Part shown: positions 11,998 to 22,157 of the stretch, piece by piece | Layout of the letters: each line of letters begins with the position of its first letter | Position numbering within the stretch: the stretch's first letter is position 1 | Assembly (NCBI GenBank): GCA_038146805.1 | Contig: JAYQSH010000002.1 | Coordinates: 26,373-90,372, forward strand | Source: a bacterium | Lineage (GTDB): Bacteria > Cyanobacteriota > Vampirovibrionia > LMEP-6097 | DNA: 64,000 bases | Direction of reading: 5' to 3' | The notes under the pieces: model-generated | Told to the model about the DNA's origin: nothing | What the model saw: only the letters and a program-made list of their open reading frames with translations | Database searches by the model: none | Made by a program: the position numbers and the translations under genes

Positions 11998-12829
11998 GAA
12001 TTTTAAAATACAGTGAAATGTTAAAATCACTAGCAAATGGGGTCAGAAATCAGTCCCACAAACGACCTTGCGCTTAGCTTGTTTCACTGCGTGAAACTCA
12101 CTAAGCGACGGTGTTTGATTCTTTTGTTAGGCGTGTCTAACCAAACCCTACTTATGCCCAAATCTAAAGACTCGAGATACTTATTACGGGTTTAGAAGCA
12201 CGCCCATAAGACAAAATTGACACGGTCCGAAGTGTCTTAAGTAAAATAACATCTTCTTAGGGACTGATTCCAAACCCCATTTTGAATTTTAAAATACAGA
12301 GAAATGTTAAAATCACTAGCAAATGGGGTCAGAAATCAGTCCCACAAACGACCTTACGCTTAGCTTGTTTCACTGCGTGAAACTCACTAAGCGACGGTGT
12401 TTGATTCTTTTGTTAGGCGTGTCTAACCAAACCCTACTTATGCCCAAATCTAAAGACTCGAGATGCTTATTACGGGTTTGGAAGCACGCCCATAAGACAA
12501 AATTGACACGGTCCGAAGTGTCTTAAGTAAAATAACATCTTCTTAGGGACTGATTCCAAACCCCATTTTGAATTTTAAAATACAGAGAAATGTTAAAATC
12601 ACTAGCAAATGGGGTCAGAAATCAGTCCCACAAACGACCTTACGCTTAGTTTGTTTCACTGCGTGAAACTCACTAAGCGACGGTGTTTGATTCTTTTGTT
12701 AGGCGTGTCTAACCAAACCCTACTTATGCCCAAATCTAAAGACTCGAGATGCTTATTACGGGTTTGGAAGCACGCCCATAAGACAAAATTGACACGGTCC
12801 GAAGTGTCTTAAGTAAAATAACATCTTCT
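11998..12829 (+). repeat. About 2.9 tandem copies of a 286-bp mosaic of hairpin modules (BIME-like array)
   Basis: The period of 286 is seen at GAATTTTAAAATACAG (11998, 12284, 12570). The identical 67-aa shadow ORFs are also 286 apart. Confidence 0.92.
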
Positions 12830-12899
12830 AAACTAGCTTAAATTGGATATTCAGCAATACTTTGTACTTGTATTTTTTTTACTCCACCTGAAACTACAC

Positions 12900-13412
12900 T
12901 TACTTCATATGCGCCTGTTGATATGGTTTTGATTGCGGCTTTTTCTTCTGATAAACTTTTAAACCGAGTAATGTTTCTGCGATAGCTAATGTATAACCTT
13001 TAAACAAAGCACCTTTGTTACTTGCAAGTATTGAGCTTTTGTAGGTGCCTTTAAAATCAAATAATACTTCGTATTTTATCTCTTCTAAATTTTCTGAAAT
13101 TCCTGTAAAGCTATAAATTAGTGCTCCATCACTAAGAGAGATTAATTTTGCTGTGCCGTTAAATTTTTGATTTTGTTTTTTTATTTCCCCTGCTATATAA
13201 TCACAGCTTTCACACTCTTTTTTTCCCTCATTTTGAATTTCGGTATTTACAAAAATTTTCGCATCAGTAATCGACAAGTTATGTATGATTTCTTCTTGGT
13301 TTAAACCGTCAGTAAAAAAATCTGTTTGCTCAAAACTATATGCATGAGCTTTTAAAAAGCTGCTTGACATAAAACCTATAAAAATTAAAACCCAAAAAAT
13401 ATGTTTTGCCAT
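12900..13412 (-). CDS. Hypothetical exported protein
   Basis: 170 aa with a signal-peptide-like N-terminus ending AHA and a G-rich SD-like run upstream. Confidence 0.65.
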   Translation of the reverse strand: MAKHIFWVLIFIGFMSSSFLKAHAYSFEQTDFFTDGLNQEEIIHNLSITDAKIFVNTEIQNEGKKECESCDYIAGEIKKQNQKFNGTAKLISLSDGALIYSFTGISENLEEIKYEVLFDFKGTYKSSILASNKGALFKGYTLAIAETLLGLKVYQKKKPQSKPYQQAHMK

Positions 13413-13480
13413 CAGCCCCCCTTGCTTTAGTTTTTTTTCCCATTATTATTGGGTTTTTTATTAAATAATGTTAATACCTA

Positions 13481-13521
13481 CTGTATTTTAAAATTCAAAA
13501 TGGGGTTTGGAATCAGTCCCC
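13481..13521 (-). repeat. Solo half-copy of the GGGACTGATTCCAAACCCCATTTTGAATTTTAAAATACAG module
   Basis: Reverse complement is identical to 12260-12299. Confidence 0.85.
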
Positions 13522-13591
13522 TAATAGAAAATTAGTGTATTACACCTAGCTGTATCTAAAAAAATCCTGATAATTGCCTTATTTTAGTGCC

Positions 13592-13624
13592 TAAGACACT
13601 TCGGACCGTGTTCATTTTGTCTCA
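13592..13624 (+). repeat. Dispersed copy of the AGACACTTCGGACCGTGT REP-like unit
   Basis: TAAGACACTTCGGACCGTGTTCATTTTGTCTCA. Confidence 0.85.
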
Positions 13625-13663
13625 TGATGCAGTAAATTAATAATAGCTAATTTAACTTACAAC

Positions 13664-13693
13664 TTGACAATACATATTACATGGGGCTATAAT
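13664..13693 (+). promoter_or_regulatory. Sigma70-type promoter
   Basis: TTGACA-N18-TATAAT, 36 nt upstream of the ATG at 13730. Confidence 0.7.
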
Positions 13694-13729
13694 TTACGTA
13701 TTGATATATTGTGCTAAAGAAAATATATT

Positions 13730-14686
13730 ATGACCACAGTACTCACAACTACTAATAAACCTAATACTAGTGGGCCAAGCAAAAGTCCAGCGACTAATTC
13801 TGCAGTTGTTTCAAAAGAGAGCACAGAACAAAAAAGATCTACAGGAACTACTCTTGCAACAGCTGTTAAAGAAGGTGCAACAGATCTTGCAAAATCTGCG
13901 GCTTCTGCGTCTCAAGAAGTTATAAGAGACAGTGTTACGGGTGGAGTTAGTAAAGCTTTATTACATTCGGTAATGCCTTTAAGAGGTATTTTGATGTCTA
14001 ACCCAATTGGTTACTATGGTGCAAAACCATTGATAAATTATTTAGCACCAAAATTAGATAAATATTTAGCTGAAAATAATATTGAACTAAATATGGATTC
14101 TAAAAAAATGTTACATCAACTTTTGTTTGGTGATATCCATGAATTAGACACAGACATTACTAAGGCTCTTGAAGGTTTCTTTGAGAAAGCAATTCCTCAA
14201 AATATCAAAGAAGCATTTGCAAGTGGTAGCTTAACTAAAATTGCTACTGCAACTGGTGTTAGTTTATCTAGTGGTGCCGGTGGTATTTTAAATTCCTTGT
14301 TTAATGTGCCGGGTAGTAATAAATTTACAAGTCCTTTTAAATTTTTAGGAATGAAAATTCCTTTTATTAATAAGCTTGCTCCTAAGTTTCAACCTTGGGC
14401 AGCTGGCGCTGGTATTTTTCTTTTTGGTGGTTTCATTTTAAAAGGTGTTTCAAAACTCTTTAAGGTAATTTTTGCTGGTGGAGTTCTTGCTGGTGGTGCT
14501 GCAATTGCAAAAAAAGTTTTCAATAAAATGTCAGCTCCTCCTCAGGCTCAAAACTCAGGAATTGGTGGTGCAATGAATGCACTTACAAGTATGGCTGGTG
14601 CTGGAAATCCTGCGGCGGCTCAAAACCCAGTTGCTGGCATGCTTGGTGCCGCTAAGGGTTTAGCTGGTATGTTTGCTAAGAAATAA
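13730..14686 (+). CDS. Hypothetical Ala/Gly-rich protein with C-terminal hydrophobic segments
   Basis: 318-aa ORF with typical codon usage and a clear promoter; no family recognised. Confidence 0.75.
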   Translation: MTTVLTTTNKPNTSGPSKSPATNSAVVSKESTEQKRSTGTTLATAVKEGATDLAKSAASASQEVIRDSVTGGVSKALLHSVMPLRGILMSNPIGYYGAKPLINYLAPKLDKYLAENNIELNMDSKKMLHQLLFGDIHELDTDITKALEGFFEKAIPQNIKEAFASGSLTKIATATGVSLSSGAGGILNSLFNVPGSNKFTSPFKFLGMKIPFINKLAPKFQPWAAGAGIFLFGGFILKGVSKLFKVIFAGGVLAGGAAIAKKVFNKMSAPPQAQNSGIGGAMNALTSMAGAGNPAAAQNPVAGMLGAAKGLAGMFAKK

Positions 14687-14753
14687 AAAAAACTTTTTAT
14701 CTGTATATTTTGGCTAGTTACTAGCTGCATTTCTTGAAGTACAATAAATATAT

Positions 14754-17700
14754 ATGGTCATTGATCTATATTTCTTGGCAAAAACTTGTGCTAATGATGA
14801 TTCTTTAACTAATTGGGCTAATACAAAAGCCGCTGATAACTCTCGTCAGGATGTTTTAAGTTATAACCTAGAAAAATTTAAATTTAAACAGCAAGATCAA
14901 TTTCAAGATTTTCTCAAAGAAGTCACTTATGAAGTAAAAGAAAATGATTTTCTGCGTAAATTATTTGCAGAATTTTCCGGAGATAAAATTGACGTAGAAT
15001 TTATTGATGATTATCATCATTGTTTTTTATATGATGATAAAAAAGCAGTTCTTTATTTAGATGCAAAGATTGATACTAATTTAACGCCATTGTATATTTT
15101 TGCTTTTTATTTTTCTTTAGCTAGGCAAAAATATACAGCAAATCAGATCTATGCAAAGTTTTTTGATTTCTTAGAAAGTTTTGAAAGTTCACAACTGCAA
15201 AAAATTGTCAGTTATTTAAATTCTAATGCCTTCGATCCCGGTGCTTATTTACAAGAGTTTTTAAAGCTAGTTTTAAATGCAAAAAAACATAATTTAAAAT
15301 CTGAAAATACTGAAAAATATAGACAAACACAGCTACTAAGAAATAGAGCGATTGCAGGTCAGCTTCCTTTTGATTTAAAAGCTTTTAGTTTTTTGTTAGA
15401 AGATTGTTCACAGTCTTTTAGTGCAGAAATTAATCAAGAGCTTTTTGATTTGATAAATGAAAGTTATGATCACGAGTATGCAAAAAAATATTATAAAAAT
15501 TTGTGTCGTGCTTTAAATATTATTGGTGTCAAAGTTGTGGCACAACGTGGCTCAAGAGTAGCTCACGAACAAGGACCTTTACTTGTAAATGCTAAGCAAT
15601 TGAGTTTTGCTGATGAATTTAAAATCCAAGTGAAAAAAACTAAGTCACGTATTGAAGAGAGCTTTTCAAAACTAAAAGAAAAGCTTAAAGCTTTTGACTT
15701 AGATTTTGTCAATGATCTAACTGATATCTCAATTAAATTGGATTCATTAGTTTATGTAACAGAGCTTAAAGATATTCAATTGGCACGCTTCAAAAAAGAA
15801 TTAATTGCAGTAGAAAAAACTTGTTCTGCTTTTACGGCAAAGGTAAAAAAATATATTAGAGAGTTTATTTTACAAGAAAAACAATGCCCAGAAAATCTGC
15901 TTGATGAAACTCAGGGACTGCTTTTAGAGATAGATGAGTTCCTGCAAAAGAGTTTTTTTGATTTGGCTAGTGATGCTGCTAAACAAAAATCAGAATTAGC
16001 AAATTCTGTTATTTATTTACAGCGTCTTTCTGCACGCTCTGGTCATTTTTTGGCAAGGATTTTACTTGGGCAAAAGCTTTATGTCGAAACAGATGAAAAT
16101 TCTGAAATCCAGCGCTTAGATGCAATTCCCTTTACTTTTGTTTGTCCTGATTTAGATTTAGTTGCTTCTGGTATTAATTCTTTTTTTGAAAATGCTTCAA
16201 TTTCAATTTTGACAGATAAAGATACAGGCAAGCCTGAAATCAAGTGGGATAATGCAGAAGATTTGGCAAAAACTTTAGCTCCATCTTTGTTTCAAGCTAT
16301 TATTAATAAGCAAAACAAATTAAAAGATGGTGATTTGTTCCACTATCAGCTTGAAACAACCTTGCTTGGTCCATTGATAGATTTGTTTAAAATAATTTTA
16401 GAAAATGAAATCTCTAATATAGCAAGTGTTTCAGAGTATGTGAAAACTCTAGGACCGAATGCTTGTTACCAAGAGCTTTTAAAGCAATATATAGATAAGT
16501 ATGAAGCTGAAATTTGTCATTCTGCAAAATTTATAAGCAAATTTTATCTATTAGAAAATAGTCTTGAAGAAATAATACTTCTTGAAAAACTTAATGAACA
16601 AAAAGCATTACTAGAGCTTTTAAAACATCATACTGATGTACAAAAAGATTGTTTTGCATTAATGGCACAACTAAAAGCAGGTAAGATTACAGAGTCTAAA
16701 TTAGAAGCTATTTTGCAGCCTAACAAAAGTTCAAAAGAAAAATTAGCAGAGCTACAAAAACATCTCTATGACAAGATTGACATTGTTTCTTTAAAAAGAG
16801 AAATCAAAGATAAACTCTATTATCCAAGTTCGACTGCAATAAAAGAATTTTTTGTTGATAATCCAGAAATAAAAAAAGTTACAGTAAGCTCAAACAAAAA
16901 TATTAAAGACGCAGATTATTTCTATAATTTTTCAGTTGCACCTAGTAGGATTGATTTTGGTAAGCATGTAGTTGCATCGGTAACAACCCTTATGGGAAGA
17001 ATGATTGGTGCTGACGATAATGAAGCTTTGAAATTGGCAAAAAACTATATTGATTTTGTTAGTCAAAGTCGAAATTCTATTTTTAGTACTGCATCTGAAG
17101 CAGGTTCTGTTAAAGTTATTGAAAATACTTGTAGAGCAATCCAATACGCAAAAGCAATTAGTTTTCAAGGTGCTTTTCAATCTTTTGCGATTGATGGTAT
17201 GCAGGCAAGACAAACGATTAACTCAAGAAATACTCCAGAAGCAGGTTTGCATGTTATGGAATTTGCGACCATGGCTTCAACTGGTTACTGTATTACTAAA
17301 GAGCCTTTGTTTATAATTTTGGGATTAAGTTTAAAATCCAAAAAAATCTTTGAACAAATTGGTATTTTTGATGAAACACTGCAACTTAAACTGCAAACTT
17401 TTTTTGAGAATCTTATTAGTTCTAAATCACGTTTTCAAACACAATTAGACTGGGAGCTTCATGCTTATGAAGAGATTGCATCTTCTAGTTTGATTCAATC
17501 TTACATTGCTGATGCAAGATACAAAATATTACCAAGACCAGAAGCCTTTTTAGCCCTATTAAAGTTTATGGCTCATGAGTCGCCGGACCAAAAAATATCA
17601 GCTCTTTATAATGAGTTTTCAGCAAACTTAATTGAAATGACAAGGGTTATTAATGAAACAGGAATTATTCAAAGAGTGCAACTTGTTAATAATCAAATTT

Positions 17701-20447
17701 CAGCTAGTGATAAAGACTATTCAAAACTTAAAATCTTGATGAATGCTTCTTACAAGGGTAATGTATCCGATGAAAGAGAAAATGCGAATCAATATATTTT
17801 AGCTTTCTTATTAAATAAAAAACAATTCCTAAAGAATAGTTCAAATGAAACTATTAAATCTTTAATTGATTTCCAAGCAAGTAAAAATAGTTTTCCTCAA
17901 GAAATTAAAATTTTTGATCCTTTTGTTGATAAAGATTTATTTATGAATGGAGTACTAAAACAAATTGCACAAGATACTTTGACAAAAATCCAAAACTTGC
18001 AACTTAGTTCTAGTTTAGAAATGAAATTTTTAGAAGCATGTTTTATTACTTATGGTGCAAATGTTGATCTATGGCAAAATCTAAGTCTAGATGACAAAAA
18101 ACAAATCAAAGCTTTTGCTGAAGATTTGCTAATTACTGAAATTTACCTCAAAGGTTTTTATACTGAAGCTGACTGTGCTTTTCAAAATTTAGATATTGCT
18201 TTTTTAAATTCAGATCATGATGCACAAAAAAATATTTTTAAAAATATGGTGCGTCTCAAAGAATTAATGCTTATTAATAATCCTGATTCTTTATTGACCT
18301 TGGTAGATAATCCACAGCAAGCAAAAAAACCATTTTTAGACTTTGATTTATCTCGTGAATGGCTTGCTCTAGGCGGAAAGATAGTCTCGCATATGATTGC
18401 TCCTGAGCTCTATAAAAAATGGCTTAGTGATATTAATGCACAAGCTCATTTTGCCAAACTTTTCTCACAATTTTTAATCTATAAAACCAAATACAGCGAT
18501 GAAGTCTTAGCCAATAATGATGATTTCATTTCTTTAAAGTCAAATTTAACTGATTACTTTGTTGAAATGAAAAAATATGCTGATTTAAGCAGAGATATGC
18601 TTTTACAAAAGTTTGAAGAGGCAAAAGAATTAGGCTTAGCAAACAAAGTCTTGTCCCGCTATTCTTTTACATTAAAAAGCTATGCAAAACTAGTAAACTA
18701 TCAAGAATTTGAGGATATTAATTTTGTAGATTGGCTATGTCTAGGTGGAAGATGGGTTTTAAATGGAAAATCTCAAAAAGAAATAGATTATATTATTAAA
18801 ACTTTTGAAGATAGTCATAAAAAAGTTGGTAAATTAGGTTACCAAGTTTTGTCTGATTTTGTTGCGGCGAGTGATGACTTAAATATCACTCGTAAATATC
18901 GAATAATTGAAAATGCTGGTTCTACTAAAGAAGCTGATTTGTTACTTACGAATGCCGCTGATACTTTAGAGCAAAGAGAAACTTTACAAGAAGATTTTTT
19001 GATGTCTAGTATTCGCTTTAGATCTTTGTTTGATTTTGATTCAAAGTATTCTAATCTTGATCAAAAAGCACTGAGCCTCAGTTGGGATCAAAGTGTGCAA
19101 GATCTAATGACTTTGATGAAAAACTCTAAGTCTAGTTTAGATACAAAAAAAGAATTTAATTTGCGTTTTGCAAAAATCTTAAAAATCACTCATTGTTTTT
19201 CAAAATATTATGAAATTTATTTACCTGCTATCAGTAAAGAAGTTGATCGTTTTATAAAACAAAGAGCTTTTTGTGAAAATTCAATTCAAGTGTTTTTTGG
19301 TGATCATAAAAAATCTCAAGGTCTTTATAAAGAGCTTGTGGATAGAATTAAAAATTCTGAAAGGCTTGAAGCTGAGTTAGACAACGTAATCAAACTTGCT
19401 GAGATGCTTTATTTTAATTATTTGTTGTTTTTAACTATTAATGTTGCTGATGAAAATGAAATGATAAATAAGCTAGCCATATTTTTTGATCAGTATTTAA
19501 ATGTTCATGAAGAAGATTATCCGCCTTATATGTTTCATAGTTTATGTGCGGGTTCTGCTTTTGGGTTTGACCAAAGTTATTTTTATGATACAAATCTTAG
19601 AGTAAAAATGTTTAAACTTGCTTGTAAGTCAGGTATTCATCTTTATAAACAATTATATTTTTTAATATCTCAAAAAACTGTGCTTGCAAAAACAAGTGAC
19701 GAGTATAAAGATTCATTGATTGGTGATTATGAAAATGGTTTAATGCCTTTTTGTTATCAACATGAAACTGTTTGTATTGAAGAAAGGCTTTGGGATTGTA
19801 TGCGTGCATTGAGAAATTTTGTACGTAACTATCATGATAGACACCCTTTACCGGTAGTCATTAAATCTAAAGATGCCACGATAAAAAAACTATTTGCTCT
19901 TGAAGATGACGTTGAATTAGTATGGCTTTGTGGTGTTGCTAATCCTGGAAAACATTCTTGGGACTTGAATTGTGTGTTTAGATCGCCAGAATTACGTAAG
20001 GTTTTTGTAAGTGCAAATTCTAAATACTCTATTGTTTCTGTTTTTAGTCCTTATTTAACTGCAAATGGTGAAGTCAAACAAATTTATACTGCTTTTGAGC
20101 CTGAAAAAATCAAAGGTCTAGATATCTTGTATCCATTTAAGAATTCAGTCTTTGAAGAAAATAAATATGGTTTTATTCATGCAATTGTTGATCTGCAAGG
20201 TCAATTGGTTAAGCCCGATATTACTATGGCGGCGCATACTCACGAACAATATGTATCAAACTTTTTGAGAGATTTAAAAGTGCCAGAAGTTTGGTCTTTA
20301 TTGAGTATGCGCCAAATGTATGCAAAAACGGAGCTTGCAAAAATTTTAGAAACAGCTAATTTATCAACTCTAGCTCAAGTAGAATTTTTGCAAAAAGAAT
20401 TTGATAATAAAGACGAACTTAAAATCCACCATAGAAAAAAGAATTAA
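14754..20447 (+). CDS. Giant multidomain protein with an embedded UDP-glucose/GDP-mannose dehydrogenase-like region and the start of an ATP-grasp domain
   Basis: Ordered motifs GDLFHYQLETT, SVAPSRIDFG, VKVIENTCR, GYCITKEP, SYKGNVSDERE, IFDPFV. The C-terminus QMYAKTELAKILETANLST resembles an ATP-grasp entry helix. Confidence 0.65.
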   Translation: MVIDLYFLAKTCANDDSLTNWANTKAADNSRQDVLSYNLEKFKFKQQDQFQDFLKEVTYEVKENDFLRKLFAEFSGDKIDVEFIDDYHHCFLYDDKKAVLYLDAKIDTNLTPLYIFAFYFSLARQKYTANQIYAKFFDFLESFESSQLQKIVSYLNSNAFDPGAYLQEFLKLVLNAKKHNLKSENTEKYRQTQLLRNRAIAGQLPFDLKAFSFLLEDCSQSFSAEINQELFDLINESYDHEYAKKYYKNLCRALNIIGVKVVAQRGSRVAHEQGPLLVNAKQLSFADEFKIQVKKTKSRIEESFSKLKEKLKAFDLDFVNDLTDISIKLDSLVYVTELKDIQLARFKKELIAVEKTCSAFTAKVKKYIREFILQEKQCPENLLDETQGLLLEIDEFLQKSFFDLASDAAKQKSELANSVIYLQRLSARSGHFLARILLGQKLYVETDENSEIQRLDAIPFTFVCPDLDLVASGINSFFENASISILTDKDTGKPEIKWDNAEDLAKTLAPSLFQAIINKQNKLKDGDLFHYQLETTLLGPLIDLFKIILENEISNIASVSEYVKTLGPNACYQELLKQYIDKYEAEICHSAKFISKFYLLENSLEEIILLEKLNEQKALLELLKHHTDVQKDCFALMAQLKAGKITESKLEAILQPNKSSKEKLAELQKHLYDKIDIVSLKREIKDKLYYPSSTAIKEFFVDNPEIKKVTVSSNKNIKDADYFYNFSVAPSRIDFGKHVVASVTTLMGRMIGADDNEALKLAKNYIDFVSQSRNSIFSTASEAGSVKVIENTCRAIQYAKAISFQGAFQSFAIDGMQARQTINSRNTPEAGLHVMEFATMASTGYCITKEPLFIILGLSLKSKKIFEQIGIFDETLQLKLQTFFENLISSKSRFQTQLDWELHAYEEIASSSLIQSYIADARYKILPRPEAFLALLKFMAHESPDQKISALYNEFSANLIEMTRVINETGIIQRVQLVNNQISASDKDYSKLKILMNASYKGNVSDERENANQYILAFLLNKKQFLKNSSNETIKSLIDFQASKNSFPQEIKIFDPFVDKDLFMNGVLKQIAQDTLTKIQNLQLSSSLEMKFLEACFITYGANVDLWQNLSLDDKKQIKAFAEDLLITEIYLKGFYTEADCAFQNLDIAFLNSDHDAQKNIFKNMVRLKELMLINNPDSLLTLVDNPQQAKKPFLDFDLSREWLALGGKIVSHMIAPELYKKWLSDINAQAHFAKLFSQFLIYKTKYSDEVLANNDDFISLKSNLTDYFVEMKKYADLSRDMLLQKFEEAKELGLANKVLSRYSFTLKSYAKLVNYQEFEDINFVDWLCLGGRWVLNGKSQKEIDYIIKTFEDSHKKVGKLGYQVLSDFVAASDDLNITRKYRIIENAGSTKEADLLLTNAADTLEQRETLQEDFLMSSIRFRSLFDFDSKYSNLDQKALSLSWDQSVQDLMTLMKNSKSSLDTKKEFNLRFAKILKITHCFSKYYEIYLPAISKEVDRFIKQRAFCENSIQVFFGDHKKSQGLYKELVDRIKNSERLEAELDNVIKLAEMLYFNYLLFLTINVADENEMINKLAIFFDQYLNVHEEDYPPYMFHSLCAGSAFGFDQSYFYDTNLRVKMFKLACKSGIHLYKQLYFLISQKTVLAKTSDEYKDSLIGDYENGLMPFCYQHETVCIEERLWDCMRALRNFVRNYHDRHPLPVVIKSKDATIKKLFALEDDVELVWLCGVANPGKHSWDLNCVFRSPELRKVFVSANSKYSIVSVFSPYLTANGEVKQIYTAFEPEKIKGLDILYPFKNSVFEENKYGFIHAIVDLQGQLVKPDITMAAHTHEQYVSNFLRDLKVPEVWSLLSMRQMYAKTELAKILETANLSTLAQVEFLQKEFDNKDELKIHHRKKN

Positions 20448-21423
20448 AAATAGAAACTTGGATCATATAGATTTTTGGATTGTTAAAGCAAGTAAAGATT
20501 CAGGTGGTAGAGGAATTAGTACAAAGCTTCATCTTACAAATGACATCGACATGATTGTTGATTTTATTTTTGAAAAAACAAAAACTGATGATGTCGTTAT
20601 GCAAGAGTTTGTGCCAAATAATGCTAGAGCTTTTATAAATAATGATTTTTATCAAAATATTGTAAATTCTTTTGTTAATTCAGGAATTGCTATTGAAAAT
20701 GTTACACCTTATGAACAAATGTTTTTTGCTATGCGTGCCTTTCAAAGTATAAGTGGTATTAAAGGCTATTTGTTTTCTGTGAACATTGGCAATGTTACAG
20801 TAAATGCGGGTCAGGGAGCGAAGTTGTTCTATGGCGAACCTATAAAAATTATGCCAATGTATATAGCCGGAAAAATACAAACTCTTTTAGATGATGAAGG
20901 TGAAATAATTTTAAAAGAAGCGATACCAGCTCATGCTCAAAAGTTTGCTCGTGATAATGATATAAAAATTGTTGAAAATGTGATTGGCTCAAACAATTGT
21001 TTTATGCTTAATGGTTTATTTGATTATATTCCTTATTTATATGTAGAGCGTAATGATTCTGAAAATAATTTGCGAGAGTTTAAAGTTTTTGTTGAAGACA
21101 ATGCTTTTGGTGGTTTAGATTTTTACTATAATTATTTTTCAAAAAAGATTTTATTGCTCTCTGAAAAAAATCAAGAAAAAGCCGTGCTTGCACTTGAAGA
21201 GCTTTTAAAATCTTTTGCTAATGGCGAATGTACAGGGCCAGAATTAAAACTTGATATAAAACTTGCCAAAATTGAACTCAATAGTGGTTTAGGGCAAGCA
21301 AATTTATTGCAAAATGCTGTTGAAGCAGAAGCAAAGGAACAAAGAAATTTGTTTTTAGAATGGAGTGAAGATTTAGGTGCTATTGCCTATGCAAGTAAAA
21401 AAGCTCAAGAGAAATCTAGCTAA
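20401..21423 (+). CDS. ATP-grasp ligase-like domain, probably the frameshifted C-terminus of the 14754 ORF
   Basis: WIVKASKDSGGRGI, VVMQEFV, TVNAGQG, GLFDYI, KIELNSG. It overlaps the upstream ORF by 47 bp in the +1 frame and has only a TTG start. Confidence 0.7.
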   Translation: MIIKTNLKSTIEKRIKNRNLDHIDFWIVKASKDSGGRGISTKLHLTNDIDMIVDFIFEKTKTDDVVMQEFVPNNARAFINNDFYQNIVNSFVNSGIAIENVTPYEQMFFAMRAFQSISGIKGYLFSVNIGNVTVNAGQGAKLFYGEPIKIMPMYIAGKIQTLLDDEGEIILKEAIPAHAQKFARDNDIKIVENVIGSNNCFMLNGLFDYIPYLYVERNDSENNLREFKVFVEDNAFGGLDFYYNYFSKKILLLSEKNQEKAVLALEELLKSFANGECTGPELKLDIKLAKIELNSGLGQANLLQNAVEAEAKEQRNLFLEWSEDLGAIAYASKKAQEKSS

Positions 21424-21470
21424 TTTTAATAACTTGCTTTAGAGCCTAGTCTTATGCTATTATCTTTAAT

Positions 21471-22123
21471 GTGATGGGCGGAGATCTACAATATTTTAAA
21501 TTAAATTCAGTAAATCTTGCAGGTCAAGATTTAACTCCAATTGTTATTCCTGTTATCGGAGATACTGATAATAACAGGCCTTTAAAAATTGCATTTGCTA
21601 AATGGTTTGATCATCTTTTTAGTTATAGTTCTAAAGCAAAATCTCTGTCTCCATTACAATTAAGCCATGATAATACAACTGATCGGTGTTCTGTAGAACT
21701 TTTGCATGATAAAGAAAAACCTATTGAATTTTTATTGGCTTTTGTTAATGATAATAACAACACTCCAATAAATGCTAATCTTATTAATGTTAATGGTAAA
21801 ATTAATGAAAAGAGCCCTTTAGGATCTAATTTTAGTCGTGCAGTTGAGCTCGCTAATCCACATATTGAAGCTTTTTATGGAATACTTGAAAAAGGAAAAT
21901 CTTATGTCATTGGAAGAAATCAAGATTGCCAAATTAGATTAAAGGATCCATGTGTTTCTAGGGATCATGCACGCATAGTTGTTGATAAAGACGGAAAAAT
22001 TACAATTACTGATCTCGGATCTTCTAACGGTACTTTTGTTAATAAAGAGAGAATAAACGGTTCAACAGAAATTAATGAAGGAGATTTGTAAGATTTGGAA
22101 AACTACGCTTAAATTTTCTGTGA
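21471..22123 (+). CDS. FHA-domain protein (last strand frameshifted; ORF as given ends 22091)
   Basis: YVIGRNQDCQI..VSRDHARI..DLGSSNGTFVN..EGDL. Adding one G at ~22088 restores VRFGKLRLNFL-stop. Confidence 0.88.
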
Positions 22124-22157
22124 AAAAGATGATTGAAATCCTTTTTAGAGTTTCATG

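Noticed and set aside
12323-12812. Two identical 67-aa ORFs
   Set aside because: They are by-products of the 286-bp non-coding tandem repeat, spanning palindromic modules.
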